From a virus (lineage: Duplodnaviria; Caudoviricetes): a stretch of DNA of 33,721 nucleotides. The DNA lies in IMG/VR virus record IMGVR_UViG_3300032267_001530, positions 1 through 33,721 of that record. One strand, 5' to 3'. The notes beneath the pieces are model-generated. The model was not told the DNA's origin. It worked only from the letters and a program-made list of their open reading frames with translations, and ran no database searches. Every line of letters starts with the position of its first letter. The stretch's first letter is position 1. The position numbers were made by a program, and so were the translations under genes. Shown here piece by piece: positions 9,522-18,286 of this stretch.

Positions 9522-9788
9522 TCAACGACTTGGGCCGTTAATTATGGTAGTAAATTCTAAAGCCCATTCTTGCCAGGTTGCGTAAACATCCGGATTTGGA
9601 ACAGGGTAGCGGCTAAAAGATTGTGATTGAACAATGTTCATAGCAGCATCTTGCCAAGTTTCTTCAGGCGAAGTTACAATATTCTTTTGACCATAGTAAA
9701 TAACCAATTCTTCATTCCAATTTTCCCAAGTCATATAGTCTGGGGACACTGGAAAGAACGGCTGAAAATTAAGGTCGCTCGTCGCCAT
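9522..9788 (-). CDS. Hypothetical Trp-rich structural-region protein
   Basis: 88 aa with WENW, WQD and WQEWA; overlaps the end of the upstream nozzle gene. Confidence 0.65.
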   Translation of the reverse strand: MATSDLNFQPFFPVSPDYMTWENWNEELVIYYGQKNIVTSPEETWQDAAMNIVQSQSFSRYPVPNPDVYATWQEWALEFTTIINGPSR

Positions 9789-11916
9789 ATTCTGCAGTAA
9801 TTAAGTTACGACCCATTTGGTAGTTACCATTAACTTCATTGGATTCAAACTTTAAACGCACTAAACGATGCTCTACCCGCAGGTCAATTTTACCAGTGTT
9901 CTTGGTAAAGTAATATGGCCCAGAAGATTCCTCATACGGGCCAGAAGCAAACTTACGACCTAAGATGGTCATCGCCATGGTGCCTTCTTGTAAGAAGTTT
10001 GGTTCAACACGACGTAAATGCATACGACGGTTAATACCTTGTAAAGAATTTTGGCTTGGGTTTCCAGTTAACCAACTAATATCACTCGTAGTAATACTAG
10101 AGTATACGGCAATTTCACCAAGTAAATTAATTTCATTAACCCCATATTCATGTTGCCAAATATTAAATCCACCAGTGATATAAAACACCGATTCGCCCAC
10201 TGGCGGAACCGTTGGAAAATTGGCAGAACAAGTAATTAATGTTACTCCATCTGGAGCAGTGTTATCATTAAAAATAAATTCACTAGTGGTTACCAAATAA
10301 GTATTATTAAGTGTATCGGTTGTGCTAAAACACAATGAATCGCCAGGGCTAAACAACTGGGTTTGGTTACCAGATAAATACAACTGGTTCTGATTTGGTG
10401 CAGCCTCTCCAGAAGGTGTTGCTATGACAAAATGCGGAGTACTAAAAATAGGATCATAGTTCCAGTCACACCAAATAGGTGTTGGAAACAATTCTGTGGT
10501 GTAACCACAAGAGCGCTGCGATCCTTTTGCTTGACCGGCGTCATACCACAACTGATCTTTTACATTATAAATAATCGCATCGGTACATTCAGTAGCGGTG
10601 CCTCTGGGATAAAAGAACCAAATCTCATTAAAACGCGGCACTTTAGTCGCCCAGACTTTTTGGCGTTGTGAATAGTTTAAGTTGTCAAAAAGGTAGTTTA
10701 CGTTTTTATCATTAGGCAATACTTTTACCGTACCGCCGTACAAATAGAATCTGTCTACGCCCATCCAGAAATAAATACCGTCCATTTCCACAACGGCATT
10801 AGATGACATAATGGAAATTTGACTAGAAATAATATCATATGTCCAGTAAATCGATGTTGCTTGCGGGTTAAAAGACACCCTAATTAAACTGTCAGTAGCC
10901 CAAAACAAACCAGATGGTGAATTAGTACCGCCCCGCATCGTCATTCCTTTGACAATTTTGGAGGATGATACGTTATTCTGGTTGGCAAACGGCCCGTTCC
11001 AATCATAAAAACTTCTATCACCATAAGTTGCGCTGACATTATTATTGGCGATATATCCATTTGATCCATACACAAAAATAAACGGATACAGCACACAAAC
11101 ACCGCCATCAACACTAACTGGTTGGTAAGTTGGGTTTTGACCTTCGCTATCAGAAAGACCAGTAAATGACCATTGATATTGGTTGTCAGGGGTAATCGCT
11201 CCAACTAAAACTTGCGATTTTACTCCATTATCAATGTTCACTAAATTTTTGCCGGGGTGGGCAAAGATTGCTAAGTCACCACCTTGGGGGCTAAACTGTG
11301 CGTCAAACTGCCAAGTATTTCTAAACGGTCCATTTTCTGGATCCGGCTCAAACACCGCTGCATCGTTTAAATATACCGTTGTGGGTGATCCAACAATCGT
11401 GCCGCCAGTCACATCTACTACGGTGTTGGGTGAACTATAAGTTGCCGTGCTTACTGTATAGTTTGTAGCAGTGTCAGTCTGTTCAAATATAACTTGTGTG
11501 CCAGCGGGAAACGTAGTGGTTAAATCACCAGCTACCGTAAACGATGTAGTAGTGTTAGACACTAAACTAACAAACGCTGTGCCGGGCAAGATGTTTGCCG
11601 TAAACGGACCACTACCAGTACCATAGTTGGTGCTGGTGGTATATACATCTAGCTCTTTGTAATTACCAGAGAACAAGTAATTAACGCCGTTGTATGGCTG
11701 GGAAATTAATCCTCTAGCAATTCCTATCAAGCCATTAAACAGTGTGCGATAGCCACCAATTTTCTTTGGTTCACCACGCTGAAAACGACACCACACACCA
11801 TCGGTGTATTGATCGTTTTGAAATACGGTACCATCGCGCCTAATTCCAGCCGGTATTGCTAGGCTGTAGATTGAGGTATATTGCGACGTATCTTGTTGCT
11901 GATTATCAGCTGGCAT
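9769..11916 (-). CDS. Tail nozzle/DNA stabilisation protein (P22 gp10 / tail tubular B-like)
   Basis: 715 aa and beta-rich. N-terminal GIRRDGT..YTDGVWCRF, central FWMGVDRFYLYGG and FNEIWFFYP, and C-terminal DLRV..RLVRLKFES...G.R are typical of podoviral stabilisation proteins. Confidence 0.7.
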   Translation of the reverse strand: MPADNQQQDTSQYTSIYSLAIPAGIRRDGTVFQNDQYTDGVWCRFQRGEPKKIGGYRTLFNGLIGIARGLISQPYNGVNYLFSGNYKELDVYTTSTNYGTGSGPFTANILPGTAFVSLVSNTTTSFTVAGDLTTTFPAGTQVIFEQTDTATNYTVSTATYSSPNTVVDVTGGTIVGSPTTVYLNDAAVFEPDPENGPFRNTWQFDAQFSPQGGDLAIFAHPGKNLVNIDNGVKSQVLVGAITPDNQYQWSFTGLSDSEGQNPTYQPVSVDGGVCVLYPFIFVYGSNGYIANNNVSATYGDRSFYDWNGPFANQNNVSSSKIVKGMTMRGGTNSPSGLFWATDSLIRVSFNPQATSIYWTYDIISSQISIMSSNAVVEMDGIYFWMGVDRFYLYGGTVKVLPNDKNVNYLFDNLNYSQRQKVWATKVPRFNEIWFFYPRGTATECTDAIIYNVKDQLWYDAGQAKGSQRSCGYTTELFPTPIWCDWNYDPIFSTPHFVIATPSGEAAPNQNQLYLSGNQTQLFSPGDSLCFSTTDTLNNTYLVTTSEFIFNDNTAPDGVTLITCSANFPTVPPVGESVFYITGGFNIWQHEYGVNEINLLGEIAVYSSITTSDISWLTGNPSQNSLQGINRRMHLRRVEPNFLQEGTMAMTILGRKFASGPYEESSGPYYFTKNTGKIDLRVEHRLVRLKFESNEVNGNYQMGRNLITAEYGDERP

Positions 11917-13188
11917 TTAGAACTGCCCACCGCTAATCAATTGAGCGTTTAAGGTTGCAGCAACCGTAACCAATGGTGTGGACGTATTAGAGTTATCTAT
12001 TTTAATAATGTCCGTTGAGTTTGCTGATAATCCTAAGATGCCAGTACTAACCAAATACATACCAGTGTGGGTATCACTGTTAAACGAATATGCTGGTAAC
12101 GAGGCTGTACCATCAGACGCGTAAAATGCGCCGGTAGTGGCAGAGGTTAGTGGATATAAATACTCACCATCACTAAGCACTGTAACAATTTGACCAGCAG
12201 ATAATATTAACGGTATCTGGGTACTGTTTTCGTTTTGGAAAGTGATGTTATAACCAGATTGCTCAGTGTTGTTAGCCAACACATAAATCTGGGTAATCGC
12301 TGGTAAAGTTACTGCTAAGTTCTGTGTACGAGTACCAGATTGCGCAATATAGGTTTGAATGATAGGGGCAAAGTTTACCAAACTAAACGTGTTAGTTGGA
12401 ATAGAGTCCACATCATATGTCGCTGCAGTAAACGTCAAAGCATTTGGGTTTGCCAAGCCAACAGTAATAAACCCGGTTTGGGCGGCATTTAAAAAGATAA
12501 AGCCTGAGTCACCAGGGTTGGTATTAATGGAAGTTTGGCCATTAATGGTGTTTGGTGATGTTGGGTTGATAGCCAGTGTGCCAGTACCGTTGTTTCTAAA
12601 ACCGATGTACCAGCCAGTTGATAATGACTGGATAGAAGGTAGTGTAAAGCTACCAGCGCCAGCGTTCCAAACAAACGTTGCAGCACGACTACCATCAGTA
12701 ATGTTAGGAGATACTGTTACGTTAACTGGGTTTTGGGTGGCGGCTAGTTGACCATTAACTGTGGTTAAACCAGCGCCAGCCAAAGTGGCGGCATCAGCAA
12801 ACGAGGTTCCAGCAGCAAACGTTACGTTTTGCCAAACGCCAGCAGCAGATGTATTATCAGTAAGATAAAAGTACTTACTAATACCCACAGGTACAGTAAC
12901 ACTTGCTCCGCCGGTAAAGTCTGTAATAATAAATTCATGCGCGCCCAGGTTGCGGAAAAGAATGTCCGCGCCCAGTGTTCCTTGATCAGCTTGCGGTAAA
13001 GCAATGGTGAGACCATCACTAGCAGCAACGCAATCAATAATACGGGCAGCAGGAGGCTGACTACCGTTGACAGTAGAAGGCCAGTAGAGAATTTGATCTG
13101 TACTAAATGGGAGAGCAAGATAAGATACATCCGTTGGGGTAACAACGGTGCCTGTAAAAGGTGATGTATAGACTGGTGTCGTAGACAT
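11917..13188 (-). CDS. Putative tail fibre/adaptor-linked structural protein
   Basis: 423 aa and Thr/Ser-rich. Has repeated beta modules (T.ALP....G....FRN.G), a DGTASLPAYSFNSDTHTGMY fibre motif, and ends in ISGGQF. Confidence 0.6.
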   Translation of the reverse strand: MSTTPVYTSPFTGTVVTPTDVSYLALPFSTDQILYWPSTVNGSQPPAARIIDCVAASDGLTIALPQADQGTLGADILFRNLGAHEFIITDFTGGASVTVPVGISKYFYLTDNTSAAGVWQNVTFAAGTSFADAATLAGAGLTTVNGQLAATQNPVNVTVSPNITDGSRAATFVWNAGAGSFTLPSIQSLSTGWYIGFRNNGTGTLAINPTSPNTINGQTSINTNPGDSGFIFLNAAQTGFITVGLANPNALTFTAATYDVDSIPTNTFSLVNFAPIIQTYIAQSGTRTQNLAVTLPAITQIYVLANNTEQSGYNITFQNENSTQIPLILSAGQIVTVLSDGEYLYPLTSATTGAFYASDGTASLPAYSFNSDTHTGMYLVSTGILGLSANSTDIIKIDNSNTSTPLVTVAATLNAQLISGGQF

Positions 13189-13191
13189 ATT

Positions 13192-13806
13192 TTATGGTTC
13201 CTGAACCGTAGTATTGCGATCTATACGACGAGAATTATCTTCTTTCTTAAGCGCCGCTAGTGCATCTGTGTAATAGCCTTTCCACATTGGCAATTTATCT
13301 AATGCTTTTAAATAGCCTTGGGCTTGCAAAAGTGTGCCATATAACATGGCTTGTGGTGCGATAGCTGTCCATAGGTTTTGCTGATTAACTTGATCCAAAG
13401 GCTGAATCTCAGCGTAGTAAATAATTTCAACCGGATAGTTTTGATCTGGAGCTGGTGCGAAATTCCAGTTGTTGTAATCGTATTCTGCGTAGTAAATAGG
13501 TTGTCCGTTATCAGATTCTGAAAGGTACTGTGCCACATAGTCTTGACTACGCATCAACACTGGAGCACCGTTTACTTTCATAGACACGGTTTTACGCCAA
13601 CGTGCTGGTTTGTTGAGCACCGTTTGGTTTTGTGCTAAATTGCTTTCGACCACAATGAGCTGCAAATAAGTCTTAAGTTCAGCAGCAATAGAAGACTCAG
13701 CCAACGCAATGAGGTTAGGAATCTGCGCAATGAAGTCTGCGTCATTACGCTCCATATATTGCTGGACATTAAGTACCAGCGAATCATAAGTCATGATTAC
13801 GCTCAT
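13192..13806 (-). CDS. Head-tail adaptor / tail tubular protein A-like
   Basis: 204 aa with MTYDSL...QYMER..IPNLIALAE, P.YYA, FAPAPDQNY, NLW...APQAMLYGTL. This is the typical podoviral adaptor pattern. Confidence 0.7.
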   Translation of the reverse strand: MSVIMTYDSLVLNVQQYMERNDADFIAQIPNLIALAESSIAAELKTYLQLIVVESNLAQNQTVLNKPARWRKTVSMKVNGAPVLMRSQDYVAQYLSESDNGQPIYYAEYDYNNWNFAPAPDQNYPVEIIYYAEIQPLDQVNQQNLWTAIAPQAMLYGTLLQAQGYLKALDKLPMWKGYYTDALAALKKEDNSRRIDRNTTVQEP

Positions 13807-14882
13807 CGTGTGTAGTAGCTTATGTTAGGTTGGAAGTAGATTGGCGACTTGTCACGATCCTCTTCTTCAAATTGGGTACGAGCGTCCAGTGCCAGTTTTT
13901 CCAAATATGTGACACGTTGTAAATCAATCTCTGGCAATTGAATTGCCAGTTTGTGTGATAGGGCTGCTTGAAAATAAGGAATAGCACGATCTGGCATGTA
14001 CAGCTCGTTGGTTAACGAACCAACATCTTGGGGCTGCAATTCCAAAATAAGCGAGAACACTTGGAAGTTGTTATTAGGCACAGGCCACAAATACATCTGT
14101 GGCACAATCTGGCGATCAAACCAGTATTGTAATGTGCGCTGACTTGGGAATTGCTTGTTTGGCAGCGAGAAATAATCAGTACGATTAAGACGTGCCATAG
14201 GAATGACTTGCTGGCTTTGAGCAAATTGAATGGATCTTAGCGAAAATACGTTGGCCGTATCACGGTTATTTAATCTGTAGTAGTAAAACTGTTGGGTTAC
14301 GTTGATGCCAAAGTAAGCCCAGTTGCGATCAGACAAAGTAGTCTCTGGCAATGATTCCCATAAAGACCAATTGATGCCATCGTTACTTACTTCAAGGTCC
14401 AGATTATAGGTAGCAGTACCAGAAGGAGCATAGGCATTAAAGCCAACATAGAATATACGAGTCTGTGGGCTGTAAGCTGCACCAAAATAATTTTCAGATA
14501 GCGTTGATGTGGCATGTAAGTTTAAATCACTATTGTAGTTTTGATCAAACAATACTGCTGAATCAGGGTTGTCTACTGGCAACGCACTAGAAATAGTTGG
14601 GTTGACAATGTATACCCAATTTGCTTCCAAGACATCCACGCAGTTTGCTGGCATGTCAAGGATTTGCTGATTGGTTTGTGGTCCCAATACTTCAATCTTT
14701 TGCAACCAAATATTAATGCCACGGTTGGCACTGTTTTGCAAAATATAAAACAGCGCTTGACGGCCTGCGTTAATATACTCAGGGGTCATCTCTTCTGCCG
14801 TTTTACCAGCATCACGATAGGCGTACGAGATCAACTGGTCTACAGTAATCTTAGTCTTGTTGTACGTATCTGAATACGCCAT
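13803..14882 (-). CDS. Head-tail connector-like protein (P22 gp4-like) with an inserted beta-sandwich domain
   Basis: 359 aa with LISYAY..AG, NRGINIW, Y.SLPNK...YWFDRQ..LWPVP and AL..KLA. A central insert contains LEVSNDGINW...YYYRL. Confidence 0.6.
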   Translation of the reverse strand: MAYSDTYNKTKITVDQLISYAYRDAGKTAEEMTPEYINAGRQALFYILQNSANRGINIWLQKIEVLGPQTNQQILDMPANCVDVLEANWVYIVNPTISSALPVDNPDSAVLFDQNYNSDLNLHATSTLSENYFGAAYSPQTRIFYVGFNAYAPSGTATYNLDLEVSNDGINWSLWESLPETTLSDRNWAYFGINVTQQFYYYRLNNRDTANVFSLRSIQFAQSQQVIPMARLNRTDYFSLPNKQFPSQRTLQYWFDRQIVPQMYLWPVPNNNFQVFSLILELQPQDVGSLTNELYMPDRAIPYFQAALSHKLAIQLPEIDLQRVTYLEKLALDARTQFEEEDRDKSPIYFQPNISYYTR

Positions 14883-15049
14883 TAACGACCTCTGCCAGCG
14901 GCTCTCTTAGCTACAGTTTTAGGTAGGTTAGGTTGCGACTTGCCAGCTTTGATAAACTCTTTGCCAACTTTTTTAGGGATGCCAAGAGTAGACTTACCAG
15001 CAGCCGCAGCGTACATTGCCTTTTGCTGTTGTTCGGATTTGATTGGCAT
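14882..15049 (-). CDS. Small basic hypothetical protein (55 aa)
   Basis: Below the ORF-track cutoff. Reads [36 protein letters not shown]...AGRGR*. It fills the gap exactly, with TAATG coupling to the next gene. Confidence 0.8.
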   Translation of the reverse strand: MPIKSEQQQKAMYAAAAGKSTLGIPKKVGKEFIKAGKSQPNLPKTVAKRAAGRGR

Positions 15050-15050
15050 G

Positions 15051-16388
15051 TTATACCTTTGGTTTGTTTAACGCATCTAAAAGACTAGAAAACGAAGGTG
15101 TTGAACCCGGTGTAGTTCTGCCAAAGTTTTTACGAGCTTGTGCACCACGTTGAAAATTAGCAGCTTGCTCAGCAGGAGTAGCAGTAAAGAAACGTTGCAT
15201 GGCAGAAGGTTGACGATTAGCGTACATATTAGGAGCAGGTTTACCCTGCGGGTAAGCCACGCCAGAGTCTTGTTCTACGTTAGGGGCAGCGTAGGGGCGA
15301 GCATTACGCATACGCAAACGTTCATCAGCACTTGGGCCTGCTGGCAAAGCCGCAGGAGCACGACGCATTGGGGCGGTGCGTATTTCATTTTCTTGTGGGT
15401 ACGCTAAACCAGAATCTTGTTCAACATTAGGTGCTTGGTAAGGTTTGGCCATTCCAACGTCACGATTATCCATCGCAGGATTAGCATTAGGGATGTAAGA
15501 ACCTTGAGGCTTTTTCTCACCAAGGGCTGAACGCATACGTGCTAAAATAAATGGGTCAGTGCGATCAGCACCTCCTAGCCATTTTTCTTCATCAGTAGTA
15601 AAGCCACCTTCAGCAAACCTTTTAACTTTGCCGCCTTTTTTCTTATTGATATTGCTACGGTCTGTTTCGGTAACAGCACCTTGGCCTTTGATTGCTGACT
15701 TAGCAGCATCAATGCCTTTAGAAATTACTTTCCCAACAGCGCGGATTGGTTTCATTACCAAATCACGGTCAGCTTCATTTTCTTCACGAGCAATTTTATC
15801 GGTTAAAGCTTTTGGGTCTTTGACATCAACGTAGCTACCGTCGGTGTCACCCGCATACTTTTTTACTTTACCACCCTTCTTCATGGCAGCGCTTTTTGTG
15901 TTAGCCTTAGATGGGCCCATTTTGGTTTTAACGGTAGCGTCTTTGTCGCCAGCTTTTTTGCCGGTTTCAGAAATGTTGCCACCTTTTTTGAAAGCAACGC
16001 TGGTGTTTCCAACGCCTTTCATTGCAGCGCTTGGAGAAGCCGCTTTAGTAGGAGTGATTTGTTTTACTTTGCGGATGTTGTCTTTGTCGCCAGATTTTTT
16101 CTTAGCTTCATAAACGTTAGTTACATCACCGCCAGCTTTATACTTACGCACAGTGCCAGCTTCTTTTTTGGAGCGGCCACCTTTTTTAAGCTTGGACAGG
16201 TCAGTCTTCTCGCCAGGGTGCTCTTGTTTGTCGTGCATGGCAAACGCTTTTTTAACAACTTTTTTGTCTTGGGCAAGGTCAGATTTTCCGCCTTCTTTCA
16301 TTTTGCCACCGTAGCACATTGCTTTAGCTTCGACTTTGCCGCCGGTTTTAAAGCACTGCATTTTAGGTAATTTTTTGAATCCGTCCAT
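15051..16388 (-). CDS. Lys-rich low-complexity protein with nine xxxGG motifs (putative internal/DNA-binding virion or scaffolding-type protein)
   Basis: 445 aa with repeats such as FKTGGKV, LKKGG, YKAGG, FKKGG, MKKGGKV and FAEGG, plus a duplicated [17 protein letters not shown]. GAGG RBS and late-promoter motif upstream. Confidence 0.6.
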   Translation of the reverse strand: MDGFKKLPKMQCFKTGGKVEAKAMCYGGKMKEGGKSDLAQDKKVVKKAFAMHDKQEHPGEKTDLSKLKKGGRSKKEAGTVRKYKAGGDVTNVYEAKKKSGDKDNIRKVKQITPTKAASPSAAMKGVGNTSVAFKKGGNISETGKKAGDKDATVKTKMGPSKANTKSAAMKKGGKVKKYAGDTDGSYVDVKDPKALTDKIAREENEADRDLVMKPIRAVGKVISKGIDAAKSAIKGQGAVTETDRSNINKKKGGKVKRFAEGGFTTDEEKWLGGADRTDPFILARMRSALGEKKPQGSYIPNANPAMDNRDVGMAKPYQAPNVEQDSGLAYPQENEIRTAPMRRAPAALPAGPSADERLRMRNARPYAAPNVEQDSGVAYPQGKPAPNMYANRQPSAMQRFFTATPAEQAANFQRGAQARKNFGRTTPGSTPSFSSLLDALNKPKV

Positions 16389-16416
16389 GATATTTCCTCA
16401 AGTTTAAAATCAGTTC

Positions 16417-16454
16417 CTACATATACTAATGCAAAGAAAAAGGCTTTTACGCCC
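16417..16454 (-). promoter_or_regulatory. Putative phage late promoter, copy 2
   Basis: Same 21-mer and same CGCCC spacing as 9480-9517. The distal element overlaps the last codons of the lysozyme gene. Confidence 0.75.
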
Positions 16455-16965
16455 CTAAAAATAGTGCTCTTTCCCGTTTTCTGCGGTTAATGAGCACTTC
16501 CGGTTTGTTCCACATTAAAATGGCATCAGCCGCCCCTTTGAGGTCGTTTTCGTTCACCTTACGCAAGACCGTGGATTTGCGAAAATTAGTCTCACCAATA
16601 TTAAAGCACAGGCTGTACAAGGCGTCGTATTGGTTCTGGGTAAGGGGTACCTTCACGTGGTTGTCAACGGCGTCTTGGCACCACTTTAAATCGCTTTGTA
16701 GGAGCTCTTGTACTTCTTGGTCTGTCAGGGTGGCAGTAAGAAGGTGCTTTTCATCGGGTTTGATGAGGTGCCCTACACCGATCGTCCACAAACCCTTGGA
16801 GTCTTTGTAAGCCTTATTGCGTAGGCCCTCTTCCTTGGTAATAAACGATAAAGTGGATTTTGCTATTGCCATGACGTTTTCTTCAATATGGGTGTATTTG
16901 TCGGTGTAGTGGATTACTGCCACACTGCCTAACAACCACAATAGTACTGCTATAAATCGTTTCAT
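16447..16965 (-). CDS. GH24 lysozyme (endolysin) with an N-terminal signal-anchor, probably SAR-type
   Basis: E-x8-D-x5-T triad (EGLRNKAYKDSKGLWTIGVGH), QYDALYSLCFNIG and LINRRKRERALF. Hydrophobic N-terminus MKRFIAVLLWLLGSVAVIHY. AAGGAG RBS. Confidence 0.93.
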   Translation of the reverse strand: MKRFIAVLLWLLGSVAVIHYTDKYTHIEENVMAIAKSTLSFITKEEGLRNKAYKDSKGLWTIGVGHLIKPDEKHLLTATLTDQEVQELLQSDLKWCQDAVDNHVKVPLTQNQYDALYSLCFNIGETNFRKSTVLRKVNENDLKGAADAILMWNKPEVLINRRKRERALFLGA

Positions 16966-17006
16966 TTTCGCTCCTTACTTTGCGCATAATACCGCAAATT
17001 GGGGTG

Positions 17007-17225
17007 TTACTTGTCTTCGGTGCCAATCTTAATGCCAGTAATCAACCCAATGAAACCACCAACGATGGTTTGGAATGCTGGCGTAACGGCTTTAAATATT
17101 TCGGTGTTATCTATGTTGGGGTTGAATAAACCCACAAGCAAAACAAAAACCATACTAAGCACAATAACGCTAAGGGTTATAGTGGCTAAGAGGGTAACAT
17201 AAGTACTTAGTTTTTCCTTGTTCAT
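17007..17225 (-). CDS. Small two-TM membrane protein (holin-like)
   Basis: Start re-called at ATG 17225 (MNKEKLSTYV...), which forms an ATGA overlap with the upstream stop. Two hydrophobic segments. Confidence 0.6.
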   Translation of the reverse strand: MNKEKLSTYVTLLATITLSVIVLSMVFVLLVGLFNPNIDNTEIFKAVTPAFQTIVGGFIGLITGIKIGTEDK

Positions 17226-17608
17226 TTTTTCATAATCTTCTCTAGTGTCCGACCACCAAAGTAGAAAGACATAATGAGCATACCCCACTGACCTAGCAAC
17301 TCCACATAGCGTTCATTGGTATCCATGTCAAAAGCAGACATAAACGCAAAGATAAAGTAGCCCGATATGATGGCAATGAGCGTCATGGGGCGAATGTTTT
17401 TAGCCAGCCAAGAGTCGCTTGTTGTATCGGCCTCTAGCCGTTTGGTAAGCTCCTGGGCCTCTGTAATGTCAGCCTGGATGTCTGCTAGTTTGCCCTCTTG
17501 AGCCAGTTTGGTGAGCTCAATTTGGGCTTGTGCTTTTTGGGCAGGGTCGGGGATCACCTTGTCGATGATCTTCAGACCAGCGCTAACAATCTCGTCTATC
17601 CCAAACAT
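17222..17608 (-). CDS. Holin (GTA 3TM-type family)
   Basis: 128 aa with KIIDKVIPDP...K, DSWLAKNIRP, TM segments and FYFGGRTLEK, the signature of 'holin of 3TMs for gene-transfer release' proteins. Confidence 0.8.
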   Translation of the reverse strand: MFGIDEIVSAGLKIIDKVIPDPAQKAQAQIELTKLAQEGKLADIQADITEAQELTKRLEADTTSDSWLAKNIRPMTLIAIISGYFIFAFMSAFDMDTNERYVELLGQWGMLIMSFYFGGRTLEKIMKK

Positions 17609-17778
17609 TAGTGTATCTTTAATACAATCGTGAACAGAGTTACAATAATAAATCCGGCCGAACCGATAAGAATCTGCTCCAGACGTTTTAGTCTGGCACA
17701 GATGGCCTCATATCGGACTTCACAAATTTGCTCGTGGGCAGATAGGGCTGCCTCGTTTTTATCAATGAACTCGCTCAT
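17608..17778 (-). CDS. Small coiled-coil plus C-terminal TM protein (56 aa; XhlA-like lysis accessory)
   Basis: Below the ORF-track cutoff. Reads MSEFIDKNEAALSAHEQICEVRYEAICARLKRLEQILIGSAGFIIVTLFTIVLKIH*, with TAATG coupling to the holin. Confidence 0.75.
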   Translation of the reverse strand: MSEFIDKNEAALSAHEQICEVRYEAICARLKRLEQILIGSAGFIIVTLFTIVLKIH

Positions 17779-17790
17779 TATCACTTTTTG

Positions 17791-18009
17791 TTATTGTTGC
17801 GTGGGTGCTGGTTTGGCAAGCGACTCCTCTAACAGCTTGATGAAGGCCTGCTTGCCAACGTTGAGCTGGTCTAAATTAAATGCCGCTGAGCTGATCTTGC
17901 GATCCAAATCAATACAATGGTTGAACAGGGCCTGTTGCTCTGGTGTCAAATCCTCGTACTGATACTCTACGTCGTTGATTGTAACGGGGGTCTTTTTATC
18001 TTGTCCCAT
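17791..18009 (-). CDS. Hypothetical protein (VTINDVEY..EDLT plus coiled coil), fibre-associated region
   Basis: 72 aa with an AAGGA RBS; located downstream of the tail fibre. Confidence 0.7.
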   Translation of the reverse strand: MGQDKKTPVTINDVEYQYEDLTPEQQALFNHCIDLDRKISSAAFNLDQLNVGKQAFIKLLEESLAKPAPTQQ

Positions 18010-18028
18010 TATGTTTCCTTTTTAAAGT

Positions 18029-18050
18029 GCCACCAAGGTGGGCTGGTGGC
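18029..18050. promoter_or_regulatory. Intergenic hairpin (possible weak terminator or processing site)
   Basis: GCCACCA-N8-TGGTGGC inverted repeat between two small genes, with only a short U-run on the - strand. Confidence 0.4.
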
Positions 18051-18061
18051 TTGCCCTGATC

Positions 18062-18286
18062 TTATTTTATTGCGTTCTCAAATGGTGTCAAGTCGTTTGA
18101 GCCATAAAAGTCTGCACCCTTGGCAATTTGGATCTTGAGGTGATCGATGTTGCGCTGTTTGCAGTCAGCCCAATCAGCGTCTTCCATATCTTCAGGCTTA
18201 CCAGCGTTGAGTAGGTTTACGCTATCCATTGCAGCGTTGTAGTGCTGGGCGATTTCTTTTGCGGTTACTTCTTGAATGTCAGTCAT
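18062..18286 (-). CDS. Hypothetical acidic protein, possible tail fibre assembly factor
   Basis: 74 aa, coupled (TAATG) to the end of the S74-bearing fibre gene. Confidence 0.65.
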   Translation of the reverse strand: MTDIQEVTAKEIAQHYNAAMDSVNLLNAGKPEDMEDADWADCKQRNIDHLKIQIAKGADFYGSNDLTPFENAIK

